Origin: Balanoglossus misakiensis
Lineage: Eukaryota; Animalia; Hemichordata
NCBI GenBank assembly: GCA_040954595.2
Contig: CM082582.2
Span: 6,494,303 to 6,558,302 of the forward strand
DNA length: 64,000 nt
Direction of reading: 5' to 3'
This document shows positions 15,001-26,111 of this stretch, one piece after another. Below the pieces are notes generated by a model, which saw nothing but the letters and a program-made list of their open reading frames with translations, did no database searches and was not told the origin of the DNA. The first letter of the stretch is position 1, and each line of letters starts with the position of its first letter. The position numbers and the translations under genes were made by a program.

Positions 15001-18000
15001 TATCGCGAAAATTTCCTGTCGCAAAAATAACCCGTTTTACAGTATATCCTGCGACATTGCCTCCGGGGTTAGAGATTTGATTTTCAATTAATATTGATGA
15101 TGTGGGTGTTTTGTCTGTTGATTGCAGGACTGTGATAAAATGTTACTGAGGGATCTGGTATTAAAACTAAGGCCTGTTCTATACTTGCCCGGTGATTACA
15201 TTTGTACCAAGGTGAGATTACGTGTAATTCACGTCAGATTTACAGCGGCAGGGGATGAAATATCAGCCGGATGCTTTTGTGCTTTGTTGAGGAATTGATG
15301 TTTTGGGAGGCGAGCTCCAACCTGCATGATCAGCTGGATGAAAGGTTTTGAACGCAGACTGAATGATTAGGTCTCTTGTGTATTGTGGGACGTTTTCATC
15401 ATCGAGTTCATCAGCCGAAACTACAAATTATCCCACTTGTCCACGGGTAGAGTCATAGTCTGTGTTTAGTTTGAACTTCTGGACTGCAGGCTGCAATATA
15501 TCACATGTGAAAAAAATTGAAACAAAACGAAAAAAGCACAGTGCATGAATATTCCCTTAATCTTTGTATTTTCACTGCAGCTGTTAAGTAGTATATGCAT
15601 CTCGGAACACTGAAACTCTGTTCAGAAAAACAGTCTGTGTACCAAGTAATCTAACAGTTGTGGTGAAATTATTGCATTATATAGATATATAGTGTAGAGA
15701 ATTGAAATTGATAATTTTCTAGACACAAACATACAGCTATTTGGAAGCATTTGAAAATTTAAAATGTTTTATATTTCAAATAATTCAGGGTGAAGTGGGC
15801 AAGGAAATGTACATTGTAAACAGTGGAATAGTGGAAGTCATGGGTGGTGAGGACGGAACCAAAGTCTTGGCAACATTACATCCTGGGAGTGTCTTTGGAG
15901 AAATCAGGTCAGTATTACTACTGTTAGGGTCTTTTTGTTGGTTGTGTTCTTTGTTGGTATTTTCTCTTGCTGTTTCGAATCTGGAGCAAAATCATAATTT
16001 ACTTTTCACATTTTCCTCAAAGAAGGGTGATTTCAGACAGCAGAATTGAAAGTAAGGTAAAGGCTTTCTAAAGATCTGAAATGCGAAATACAGTCTTGTG
16101 AAACACTCCAAGACAACGATATTGGTACACAGTGAAACTGTCACCTACTGCCCTCAACGTCCATGCACAAATTGAACTTTTGTTTTTTCTTCATTCGCAT
16201 CTCAGTCTTCTTGCAATGGGAGGTGGCAACAGACGAACTGCGGATGTCATCTCGTCAGGTTTCGCTAATTTATTCGTACTGCAGAAACAGGATTTACAAG
16301 AAGCAATTGTCAACTATCCCGAAGCCCAGGAGAGTCTGAAACGGAAAGCTAAGTAAGTGGTCTTTCTCGGGTGTATTTGGTGTACATTCAAACCTGTTTT
16401 GAAAACCTTGAACATTTTGCAGAATTTGCACAATTTGGTAAGGTCATCTCACTCTGCCTATCAGACAGAGAAGAGAAATCAGTGGCACTATGCAAAGACA
16501 GCTAACATTCCATATGTAAAGTCTCTCCTAACCTGTCTTAAATATCACGATCTTACTGTGGCATACTGGACAAATCACTGGTTGTAGACAGTTTCTTGGA
16601 ATATGAATGAACATATCTGATCACACCCTTGTGACTTGGCCAAAACTGCAACTTTAATACTGAGATGTGATTTGGCAAGGGTTTTCTTTCTACGAAAAAA
16701 TCATCAACAAAAGCTGGTGCTTCTGTCTCTTTCACGTTTGCAACTTTTTTTTCAGAGAAATCATGAAACAGAATGAAGCCAACAAGACGGACAAGAAGAA
16801 GAAGCGCGGCAAATCGCTGATCGCTGAAAGCATCCTGACCAAACGGCGCGAGAACACCCCGAGAATGTTCGACGCCGTCCTCCAGGTTGCCAGGAGCAAC
16901 CGGCTGTCGCACAGCATCCTGAAAGGCGCAGCCAAGCGGAAGAATAGTGTGTTTGCAGAGTATTCATATCATTCCTCCACTGGGTCTGATTCATCACTGA
17001 ACGATTGCGACGGGCAGTCGCCGGCGAACAGCAGACCAGGTTAGTGTGTCTCTCATATTTCAACCTTCTAGTTTCCAGATAAACAGTTTGCCACAAAATT
17101 CACAGTATTATTTTATTTCACAATTTTATTCCTTCCTACATGTACTGTGTCCTCCCCTTCTCTTCTGAAACAGCATGGAGAATTATACCGTTTGTGAGTA
17201 AACAATTCTGAGTAAGCGTGGCCCCTTGTCAGCTCCACAATTTTGTCCATGTATAGCATCAGAAAAACGCTTGGTATATACCATAGTCATCCGATGAATG
17301 AGATGCATAGATACATTACATTGAATTATTAGTCCACCATGATATCATATGCCATTTTCATCTACAGTTACAAGATACAAAAGAAAGAAAAAGTCCCCCG
17401 ACAAGAGGAAAGATCGCAAAATTCTAGAACACGACAAGAAGCCCTCTTCGTTCGATTCCGCCGTTATCGTGCACACCTCCCCGAAGAGCGAATACGGAAT
17501 CGAGAACGACAGCGACAGTTCGGTGAGAGCGAAACCCAGCAGGAAATCTGGCGGTAGGAAGAGAGACAGGGCGCGACGCGGCAGCCTGGACGACTTCGAC
17601 TGCGACTCCTTGTTGAACGACGACAAGGCGGAATTCGTCAACGAGGAGAAACGCAAGTTGGTGAAGAGGAAATCGCGAGACTCCGTGCTGAATGCCATCA
17701 GTGACATCATGAAGAACACGGAGGACACCGACTCTTTGGGGCGGCCAATGGGAGCCCGGTCTGCCAGTGCTAATTTGAATAGGGGCGCAGGGGGTGTCGC
17801 CGCTAGTAAGAGTCCTAAAGGGAAAGCCCATGAGGAACCGAAACCAAAAGAGAAGAAAGTCGATCCCGATCTGGACGGTCTGTCTGATATCTTGAACGAC
17901 AGTCTCGACAGTGATCATTTTAAACAATCGGCGACGACGCCTGCGAAAGAACCAGATCGAAGCGGATCACTCGCGAAAAGCGACAAAACCAAGACAGCTG

Positions 18001-18479
18001 CAGACGGACACAAGTCGGCGGAGAAGATTCCGCAAAAACTGCCTCCGCTGAAGCCGGCACAGGCCGGGAAGAACGCGTCCGCAACCGGCAAAGCCAAACA
18101 GCAGAGCGGTGGTGCCAAGAAAAAGCCGGCGGCGGTCCCTCACCCAACCAGGAAATCTTCAACCAGCAAGGCAGACTCTGGCGTGCCCCCCGCTGCCAAA
18201 CAGTCGCAGGGTCAACCAACTCACAGCGGACAGAGCAGCCAGGCCAGCAAGAAGGCGACGCAACCCACATCAGGGAAACAGCCAGTCACCAGGAAACAGT
18301 CCACTGTCAGTAGACAACCCAGCAGGCAGACCAGTTTCTCCACTAAACCAGCGCCCAAAGAGTCAACACAAACAAAACAACAGGATGCCGCTAATAAAGC
18401 AGATGGAAGTCAGCCAGCAAAAGTGCCAAGTTCTGAAACAAAGGATGATAAGAAACATTATGAAAGCAAGAAAAAATAA
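1..18479 (+). CDS. Cyclic nucleotide-gated channel, beta (CNGB/TAX-2-type) subunit; 5'-partial, multi-exon
   Basis: Phase-compatible GT-AG exons: <1-237, 1120-1271, 5039-5206, 6386-6591, 9834-9884, 10191-10286, 10597-10661, 11029-11151, 12287-12428, 13005-13164, 13841-13938, 15128-15211, 15789-15907, 16206-16352, 16756-17039, 17368-18479(stop). Motifs: S3 [13 protein letters not shown]4 FLRLPRLLK, pore [11 protein letters not shown] (lacks the alpha-subunit Glu of TIGETP, so beta-type), C-linker [24 protein letters not shown]...GSVFGEISLL...NRRTADV. Confidence 0.93.
562..726. mobile_element. MITE, CTGTAAAA...TTTTACAG family, TA-flanked
   Basis: ta|CTGTAAAAC ... GTTTTACAG|ta terminal inverted repeats and internal TTTTCGCG/CGCGAAAA subrepeats. 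Termini are related to the copies at 14833, 28960 and 32964. Confidence 0.7.
3340..3508. mobile_element. 5'-truncated copy of the 14833/28960 MITE family
   Basis: Shares AAAATAAAAAGTC...GCAGTTAGTGAAA...AACAGTTGCCTCTTTTGATATCGCG and the ...TTTTACAG|ta end with 14833-15042. Confidence 0.7.
14284..14443. mobile_element. Tc1/mariner(pogo)-type MITE with TA TSD
   Basis: ta|CAGTGAAACCTGTC ... GACAGGTTTCACTG|ta: perfect 14-bp TIRs and TA duplication, with internal GGACACCTCTC subrepeats. Related end fragments near 6296 and 11227. Confidence 0.85.
14833..15042. mobile_element. MITE, CTGTAA..GGGTTATTTT family, TA TSD
   Basis: ta|CTGTAAGACGGGTTATTTTTGCGA ... TCGCAAAAATAACCCGTTTTACAG|ta long imperfect TIRs. 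Homologous to 28960-29145 and 32964-33145. Confidence 0.85.
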
Positions 18480-18609
18480 TCTAAACACTTTCAAATTGGG
18501 TCTTATTGGCAAGGAAATGTACACTAAAAATAATACTGGTACATTGTCAAATTTGTTTATTTATTCATTTGAGGATATATTTGCTTGTCCATGCAATTAT
18601 ATATAATCA

Positions 18610-18610
18610 T

Positions 18611-18645
<35 letters not shown>

Positions 18646-18647
18646 TT
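18610..18647. repeat. (TTTA)n microsatellite downstream of CNG stop
   Basis: Direct reading of about 9 tandem TTTA units. Confidence 0.9.
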
Positions 18648-19794
18648 TGTCTTGTTTTTAAGACATTTTCCTTTTTTTTTCAGTCATACAATATACATGT
18701 GCATTCAAGCCATAATCACAAATGGACAAGTTTTACTTTTGAAAACTTTTACTTGCTTTTATTTCAGATTTTTCCTCAATTTTAAATGAGACTGATATTG
18801 CTTGCCAAAGGGAGATATTGATACGATATGGGACATCAGAGATCGATCTCCATTTATGTGATATCACTTTTGAACTTTTTTCTGAAAACTTTTAGCCAAA
18901 GAAGTATGATATACTAGTATTGTGTCGATCGGCATATCATTAGAGTGTGAGATGGACATTTACATGAATGTTGAGATAAACTTTTATGAAATTCATTTCA
19001 GAAAAGCCTATTTCTGTTTGTGTTCTGTGCAGAAATTATTCGCATCATGTCATGGCTTCTGATTTTTGACAGAACATGTCAATTTTCAACTGTTTGTTCT
19101 ATGTTTTAGTCTTTAAAGCAGGACGCCCTCTAGGGAGTACCTTCATAAGCCAAACACATTGCGTTTGATTTTTAATTGTATATATTGAGAAATATATTGT
19201 GTATATTTGTCTGATAAGATATTAATATATTACACTAATTCACACAATTTTCCCCATTGGTTGACTTCGCAGCATTCCATACCATTTCAACAATTATTGA
19301 CAAGCCTGGCCTCGGGCTGTAGATCTATACATGTAAACTCTCCAGAATATCAACCAACTATTTTGTATATCAAACTGCATATTCCAACTTTGATTGTCAT
19401 TCAGTGTGTATGTTTTCTTAACATATTTGAAAGTGATGACTTTGAAAATGTGCCCTTTTTTAGTCACGGCAGAAGTTAACCTTGAGTAACCTTGATCTGA
19501 TAGTAAGATGGCTGGCCATACATGAATTTCATATGCACAGTTGTGATATATTTCCACAAATATTGTAAAATCATTGTGATTGTATGATTAAAGTGTTGCT
19601 CATTTCAGTTTCACGGGAACTTGTTCATCAGTGAAAGTTATTCCGAAAGACAGTGCCATGCTCCGCTGACGGCTTGTGGAGCATATGGCGCCCTCTATAG
19701 CCGGAACATAACGTTTTCGACGGAAATCAACAGGTAGCAAAAACGGTAATTATGACATTAATGCAACATAAATCCGAAATCATGGAAGCTCTAG

Positions 19795-20360
19795 TGTAGA
19801 GGTTTAACGAGGTCCATTTTACATTTCTGAATGCCTTTGCGGTTTTTGTAATTACTCAGCAGGCGCGGCACACGCGCCAAAACCGATTAGCCTGTTAGTA
19901 CGCACGTTCAGTTTTCATTCAATGTTTGCCTTTGGTTGTCTAGCAACGACGATTTCGAGCGACAGCTGTCAATCATTTATTTAGCTACTTTTCTTGGCTT
20001 GAAGCCGACATGATATGTAGATTTTAGGTGCTTTCTCCGACGTCCGATATGCAAATTAGCTTTTCTGATTTTGAATCCGACCCGAGGGTATATAAGTAGC
20101 GATTCTCTTTAAAACGGGGTCGCTCAAGGGGTTTTTCTTATCGAGGCCACACCAGCAACAGCAAAGAAGGTACAGCTCTTCATTTTTTACGCAGTATTGT
20201 TGATAATTTTTCGTGTTCAGTTAATAAATACGCCACGTTGGCTTCTACACTTTATTATTTTGTCCTTGTGCGCTCTGTCACTCGGGTGTAAGGTCGTTAC
20301 CCTTACTGATCACCTGACCAGTCTCAACGTAATAATAACGACGAAGGAAAAATCTCGACA
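19795..20360 (+). repeat. 5' LTR
   Basis: TGTAGAGG...TCTCGACA. Line-by-line identical by eye to 27595-28160. Contains octamer ATGCAAAT (20049), TATATAA (20089) and AATAAA (20223). Confidence 0.97.
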
Positions 20361-20362
20361 AT

Positions 20363-20381
20363 TGGTGGCAGCGGTGGGATT
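20363..20381 (+). promoter_or_regulatory. Primer-binding site complementary to the tRNA-Leu 3' end
   Basis: TGGTGGCAGCGGTGGGATT, 2 nt after the LTR, is the reverse complement of ...AATCCCACCGCTGCCA-CCA, the 3' end of metazoan tRNA-Leu(AAG/TAG). Confidence 0.9.
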
Positions 20382-20469
20382 TTACGTCAGAGACTGTAGT
20401 ACGAGAGCACAAGTTGAGCGACCAACGAAATAAAACTGAAATCGAGAACTTAACTCCCCTTCGAAAATT

Positions 20470-22053
20470 ATGTCAGCCCCCGACGACAGCACATCGGCTG
20501 TCGACAGAACAAGTAGTTTAGATGACACCGATAAGGTAATAATGTTTAAGGCATCGAACAAATCACCTGATACGTCCGACTCCGAAGAGAGTACTTGTGG
20601 CCCCATGAGTGGAGGTCCTGCCAAAGTACACAGCCCCTTTGCCGAAGTTTTGTCGAAAACTGTCGGGAGGGTGCGGTCCACGTTATTCGGTTCAGCGGCA
20701 CCTAAACAAAACAGCCCCGTCACGCACTCGCCTGGCCCACAACTCTCGACCCCAGGACCCTCTGGCGACCAACTCAGCCGATTCGTCCCCCAATCTCCGT
20801 TGTCTAATACCGACGAATCGACGTCATCCCCGAAAATATATGAACAACAAGGGGGGCGACCAAAACACCGTTCTCCAGTCGTGCCACCGCAGCGGGAGTC
20901 GACGATCGAACGAAACGCCGTGCGGTTCGACCTCCGCACGTCTACACCCAACTTCGAATCTCCCCCAGAAAGACCTACCGTAGTCCCGGTGTCGTATGAC
21001 CACGACCCTAGTACTCGAAGACGTGAGGAATCAGCTTTGTCTCCGTCTGAACAGCACCGTAATATACGCAAAAACGACGATCAGCGCTCCAGCACGACCG
21101 ACCGAGATTATCCCGACCATTTCTCTGCCGACGCTGTACCCTATCCGTATCACCGCCTAAACGACGAAATGAATGTGAACGTCACACCTCACCCTCATGG
21201 ACCGTATGGGATACGCCCCCCTCACCGCCCACTGGTTATGCCCGACCGATTTGACGGAATAATATCATGGGAAGATTATAAATCCCATTTCCAATATTGT
21301 TCCCTGCTTAATGGCTGGAATGAAGCACAAAAAGGTCAGTTTCTAGCAGCCTTGCTGAATGGCCCCGCCCAGAAAGTGTTAAAGCGATTAGAGAATAATG
21401 GTAAGGTGACGTATGCCCGTTTAGTTCGACAATTGGACAACCAGTACAGCACCGTCGGCCAAGCTGAAAAGTTTCTGTTTCAGCTACAAAGTCGACGTCG
21501 CCGTCGCGACGAATCCCTCGCAGAATTCGGAAACTCCATCCTAGAGCTCACCGAATGCGCCTATCCTGAGCTCGATTCTACCGCCGTAGACAGATTAGCG
21601 AGGCAGTACTTCGAGACAGCCCTTACCGACCCGATGTTACGCATGGATCTGCACCGTTCCCAACCGAAGTCGATGAACGACGCGATCCGAACGGCCATCT
21701 CCCTGGAGGCCTATTTCCTAGCTGAGGACGACCGGGCGAATCGCCGCCGCCCCTTATCTCGACGCATCCAACAGACTGATCATAACATCGACGAAGCTAC
21801 ATCCTACAACGGCTCAGTCCTGCGTGTCCGGAACGAACGGACTTCATCGGACCGACCTCCTGATCGTCGCGATTCTTGGAGCGACGAAACACAGAGAAGG
21901 TATCAGCGGGGCGAATGTTTTCTCTGCGGAGAAAAGGGACATTTGCGCCGATCTTGCCCCCATCGTCAGGACGGGGGAAACGACAGCCGACCAAACGACA
22001 GGGGCAACGCGAGGTCGGACAACGGTACCCAGCCCCGCCCCCGAAATTTGTAA
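20470..22053 (+). CDS. gag: Gag polyprotein (527 aa)
   Basis: Capsid-like region (PDRFDG..WEDY..HF...NGW) and CCHC zinc knuckle CFLCGEKGHLRRSC, preceded by a long S/P-rich N-terminus. Confidence 0.93.
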   Translation: MSAPDDSTSAVDRTSSLDDTDKVIMFKASNKSPDTSDSEESTCGPMSGGPAKVHSPFAEVLSKTVGRVRSTLFGSAAPKQNSPVTHSPGPQLSTPGPSGDQLSRFVPQSPLSNTDESTSSPKIYEQQGGRPKHRSPVVPPQRESTIERNAVRFDLRTSTPNFESPPERPTVVPVSYDHDPSTRRREESALSPSEQHRNIRKNDDQRSSTTDRDYPDHFSADAVPYPYHRLNDEMNVNVTPHPHGPYGIRPPHRPLVMPDRFDGIISWEDYKSHFQYCSLLNGWNEAQKGQFLAALLNGPAQKVLKRLENNGKVTYARLVRQLDNQYSTVGQAEKFLFQLQSRRRRRDESLAEFGNSILELTECAYPELDSTAVDRLARQYFETALTDPMLRMDLHRSQPKSMNDAIRTAISLEAYFLAEDDRANRRRPLSRRIQQTDHNIDEATSYNGSVLRVRNERTSSDRPPDRRDSWSDETQRRYQRGECFLCGEKGHLRRSCPHRQDGGNDSRPNDRGNARSDNGTQPRPRNL

Positions 22054-25000
22054 GACCCCACCATCGACCAGCAAACCGCAACGGCAACAGAGATGTTACT
22101 TTTTCCCCCAGTTCCAATAAACGACAGAATGACGACAATGGTTTTAGTCATAATTTGCGACCGGCGTTCTACGTAATGACTCGAATCAATGGGTTAGACG
22201 TTTGTTCTTTCATTGATAGCGGGTCGGAAATCACAATAATTTCAAAGCAAGTGTATAATAAGTTACCGGAGTCTCGTCGCCCTCCGCTAGCCCCGTCAAC
22301 TATTCAACCGTCCATGGCCGATGGGTCTACACGTCTTTTTCTTTACGGGGAGGCCGACTTCAATATTTCGGTGGGTAATAATACGACGGAAATGCATGCA
22401 TTCGTTGCCGACATTAGTGAAAATGTAATTCTGGGGGGCGACTACTTACTACAGGGTCAGGCAGAAATTCGTACGCATTCTTTGACGTTGGGATTTCACG
22501 ACGGAGACGTCCCCTTGTTGGACCGGCGGGGAGGAAACCTGACTGCCCGGGTGTCAGTGACACACGACGTCGTCGTGCCTGCCGGTCATGAGGTGGTCAT
22601 CGCTGGTCATTTATCCCGTCCCATCACAGGTAGTATTTGTGGTGTTGTCGAGCCAACACGAGGTAATCTGGCGGCGAAACACGGTGTTGTCGTCGGAAGA
22701 ATTTTAGTCAGTACCGCCAATAGAAACGTGCCATTGCGATTATTGAACGTCAGCGAAAAGGACCACTTCATTCGGCGTGGTACGGTGGTCGCCGTAACTA
22801 CCAGCACCGATACAACAATTCTTCCCCAACCTGTGGAGCCAGCGATTAGTGACCCTAAGAACGAATTCTCCACCCCACCTAAACCGATACCGACGCATCT
22901 GGAAGATATATATAAGGAAAGCCTCGAGACAGTGGGAAAATCGAATGCGGGGAAAATTGCCGACTTTCTCTGCAAATGGGAGAATATTTTCTCCAGAGAT
23001 AAAAGCGACGTCGGCCGGAGCAACATAACGAAACATCATATTTCAACTGGTGATCATCCACCGCTCAGACAACAACCCCGACGACAATCCCCCTGGACTC
23101 GGGAAGAGACGACCAAATTAGTGAATGAGATGCTTCGTAGTGACGTAATCGAGCCATCTCACAGTCCCTGGGCTGCTCCGATTGTTCTAGTGCGTAAATC
23201 GGACGGTAGCTCTCGGTTCTGTGTAGACTACCGCCGTCTTAACGACATTACGAAAAAGGACGCATACGCCATACCACGAATCGAAGACAGTGTCAACGCA
23301 CTTGCCGGAGCTTGCTGGTTCACAACGCTCGACCTCACCAGTGGCTTTTGGCAGGTGGCACTCGACGACGATGCCAAAGAAAAGACTGCCTTCACAACAT
23401 GGAACGGCCTGTTTCAGTGGAAAGTGATGCCGTTCGGACTTTGCAACGCGCCGGCAACTTTTCAACGACTGATGGAGTACGCACTGGCAGGGTTACAATG
23501 GGAGATCCTGCTGTTGTATTTAGACGATATCATCGTTTTCGCCTCTTCCTTCGACCAAATGTTAGAACGACTAGACATGGTATTCCATCGTTTGCAGACA
23601 GCCGGCTTAAAGTTGAAACCCAGTAAATGCAAATTGTTTCAGAAACAAGTCGACTATTTAGGCCATCGCGTTTCCGCCGCCGGAATCGAAACGAGCCCCA
23701 AAAAGGTCGAAGCCGTCAAGTTTTGGCCCACACCGACAAACGTGCATGAAGTTCGCGCATTCTTAGGCCTTGCGTCTTACTATCGCCGGTTCGTCCACAA
23801 CTTTTCAATCATCGCGAGACCCCTTACCAGGCTGACCGAGAAAAACCAACCCTTCTTCTGGGACAACGAATGCGACTGCGCCTTCAACACTCTCAAAGGA
23901 AAGCTCATAAGTGCGCCAGTGTTAGCTTATCCAATCCCCGATGCTCCCCTCATCCTCGACACCGACGCTAGTAAGTTTGGGATAGGCGGCGTCCTCTCTC
24001 AAATCGAAAACGGCGTTGAACGAGTCATCAGCTTTGCCAGCCGGAGTCTATCGAAAGCCGAGCGGAACTACTGTGTTACGCGGAAAGAATTACTCGCAGC
24101 GGTCCACTTCATGAAACACTTTCGCCCATATTTATACGGTCAGCCCTTCACACTTCGAACAGACCACGCCTCTCTCCGATGGCTTGTCAACTTCAAGGAA
24201 CCTGAAGGACAACTGGCTCGTTGGCTCGAAGTTATAAGCGAATTCGACTACAAAATAATACATCGACCGGGAAAGAAACATCAGAATGCAGACGGCCTGT
24301 CAAGGAGGCCGTGCCGACAGTGTGGACGAGCCCACCCCAGCGATAGGCCGGCCGACCAAGAGAACGCACCAACGTTAGCGAAGGTGACGGTGCCAGGTTA
24401 CCAATCGACAGCAACACAGACCGAGACCGACCCAGCGAACACAAACTCATCATCAACCGGGGACCTGCCAACGTCGACGTCAACCGGACCCGAAACCGAG
24501 CGTCGTAAATCAAGTTGTCCTGATGTCGACGGCGACCCGGAAGAGAAAACGACAAATGCAATTGGCCTACAACTACGTTATGACAACGAAACACTGCGAA
24601 AACTACAACTGGATGATCCCGACGTTGGCCCAATATTACGACTGAAGGAAGGTGACGATACGCGCCCAGACTGGCAAACGGTATCCCCTTCCAGTTCAGC
24701 AGTAAAGGCATATTGGGGTTCGTGGGATTTGCTAGAAATTCACGACGGCGTACTTTATCGGCGATGGATATCCAGCCGAGACAATACCCACCGATTATTA
24801 CTGATTCCCCCGTGCTCACTCAAAGACGAAATATTCGACGAGTTACATTCGGCCAAAACTGCAGCTCATTTTGGTGTTTTTAAGACGAAACGGAAAATTC
24901 TCCAACGGTATTATTGGTATGGTGCGACGAACGACATTAGGGCGATGATCAGACGATGCGACGTATGTGCTGCTAGAAAGAGCCATGGACGAAAACGTCG

Positions 25001-26111
25001 TGGACGGCTTCAACAGTACGTCGTCGGATCCCCTCTTGATCGAGTGGCATTCGATATAATTGGCCCCTTTCCTATCACCGAACGCAACAACAGGTGGATT
25101 TTGGTCATCGGCGATTATTTCACCAAGTGGGTAGAGGCGTACCCCATCCCTAACCAAGAGGCTACGACGGTCGCCGAGAAATTGGCCGGCGAGTTTATAA
25201 CCCGTTTCGGCACACCACGTCAACTTCATTCCGACCAAGGTGCAAACTTCGAGTCACGGGTTATGTCAGAAGTATGTCGGCTGCTAGGCATTAAGAAAAC
25301 CCGCACAGCGCCCTACAACCCAAAGAGTGATGGATACGTCGAACGGTTCATGAGGACAATTTCGCAGTCAGTCTCAATCTTGGTCAACCCCGACCAATCC
25401 GATTGGGATCTTGTGGTCCCGTACGCGATGATGGCGTACCGAAGTAGCGTCCAGGCGAGTACGTCGGAAACACCGGCGATGTTGATGCTCGGTAGAGAAG
25501 TCGCACTACCAATAGATTTACTACACGGCCCCACACCCGAACCCGACCAGAACGAGAATACAGATTATGCACTACAACTCCGTAAGAGGATGCAACTGGC
25601 GCACGAGCGCGCCCGCCTTGCACTGAAAAAGAGTGCGGTTACACAGAAGCGAGAATACGACAATCGTGCATCAGGAACTCCACTTGAAGTTGGCCAGTTC
25701 GTCTGGCTTCACATCGAGGCGTTCAAAAAAGGGACTTCAAGAAAGTTAGCAGCCCGCCGGTGGGACGGCCCCTACCTCATCACTGATAAATTGTCCGATG
25801 TGCTATTCAGAATTCAACGTGGTAGAAATTACCGACCAAGAGTGATACACTACGATCGCCTAAAACCTTATACGGGTAACGACGGCGTCGACTGGCGGGA
25901 CAAACAGCGAATTATCACGGCTACCGAAAACAGTGAAAATGATAGAAGCGAACCGGGTGACTGTGTTCACCGCTCGTCCCCACCGCGGCAACGTTCACGC
26001 GCCTACCGGCGTTCGAACATGAGCCGCCACCGGCTATATCCCCAGAGACAACGGCAACCGCCCCAGCGCTACGGTGATTGGTCATATTGTCCCGGCAACG
26101 ACAGCGTGTAG
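21876..26111 (+). CDS. pol: Pol polyprotein (PR-RT-RNase H-IN), in the -1 frame relative to gag
   Basis: Uninterrupted 1411-codon ORF. Protease IDSGS; RT RFCVDYRRLN, MPFGLCNAPATFQR, YLDD; RNase H DTDAS...TDHASL; integrase HHCC, HSDQGANF, ERFMRT, GPY. No chromodomain seen. The ORF lacks its own initiating ATG, so expression is presumably by frameshift. Confidence 0.97.
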   Translation: MERRNTEKVSAGRMFSLRRKGTFAPILPPSSGRGKRQPTKRQGQREVGQRYPAPPPKFVRPHHRPANRNGNRDVTFSPSSNKRQNDDNGFSHNLRPAFYVMTRINGLDVCSFIDSGSEITIISKQVYNKLPESRRPPLAPSTIQPSMADGSTRLFLYGEADFNISVGNNTTEMHAFVADISENVILGGDYLLQGQAEIRTHSLTLGFHDGDVPLLDRRGGNLTARVSVTHDVVVPAGHEVVIAGHLSRPITGSICGVVEPTRGNLAAKHGVVVGRILVSTANRNVPLRLLNVSEKDHFIRRGTVVAVTTSTDTTILPQPVEPAISDPKNEFSTPPKPIPTHLEDIYKESLETVGKSNAGKIADFLCKWENIFSRDKSDVGRSNITKHHISTGDHPPLRQQPRRQSPWTREETTKLVNEMLRSDVIEPSHSPWAAPIVLVRKSDGSSRFCVDYRRLNDITKKDAYAIPRIEDSVNALAGACWFTTLDLTSGFWQVALDDDAKEKTAFTTWNGLFQWKVMPFGLCNAPATFQRLMEYALAGLQWEILLLYLDDIIVFASSFDQMLERLDMVFHRLQTAGLKLKPSKCKLFQKQVDYLGHRVSAAGIETSPKKVEAVKFWPTPTNVHEVRAFLGLASYYRRFVHNFSIIARPLTRLTEKNQPFFWDNECDCAFNTLKGKLISAPVLAYPIPDAPLILDTDASKFGIGGVLSQIENGVERVISFASRSLSKAERNYCVTRKELLAAVHFMKHFRPYLYGQPFTLRTDHASLRWLVNFKEPEGQLARWLEVISEFDYKIIHRPGKKHQNADGLSRRPCRQCGRAHPSDRPADQENAPTLAKVTVPGYQSTATQTETDPANTNSSSTGDLPTSTSTGPETERRKSSCPDVDGDPEEKTTNAIGLQLRYDNETLRKLQLDDPDVGPILRLKEGDDTRPDWQTVSPSSSAVKAYWGSWDLLEIHDGVLYRRWISSRDNTHRLLLIPPCSLKDEIFDELHSAKTAAHFGVFKTKRKILQRYYWYGATNDIRAMIRRCDVCAARKSHGRKRRGRLQQYVVGSPLDRVAFDIIGPFPITERNNRWILVIGDYFTKWVEAYPIPNQEATTVAEKLAGEFITRFGTPRQLHSDQGANFESRVMSEVCRLLGIKKTRTAPYNPKSDGYVERFMRTISQSVSILVNPDQSDWDLVVPYAMMAYRSSVQASTSETPAMLMLGREVALPIDLLHGPTPEPDQNENTDYALQLRKRMQLAHERARLALKKSAVTQKREYDNRASGTPLEVGQFVWLHIEAFKKGTSRKLAARRWDGPYLITDKLSDVLFRIQRGRNYRPRVIHYDRLKPYTGNDGVDWRDKQRIITATENSENDRSEPGDCVHRSSPPRQRSRAYRRSNMSRHRLYPQRQRQPPQRYGDWSYCPGNDSV

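Noticed and set aside
21560-21575. YPEL in Gag as a YPxL late-budding domain
   Set aside because: It falls in the common AYP turn of Gypsy capsid domains; no evidence for a budding role.
20382-25623. Antisense ORFs over gag/pol (e.g. 20382-21071, 24232-24819) and over the last CNG exon
   Set aside because: Shadows of GC-richer coding sequence with no recognisable motifs or independent signals.
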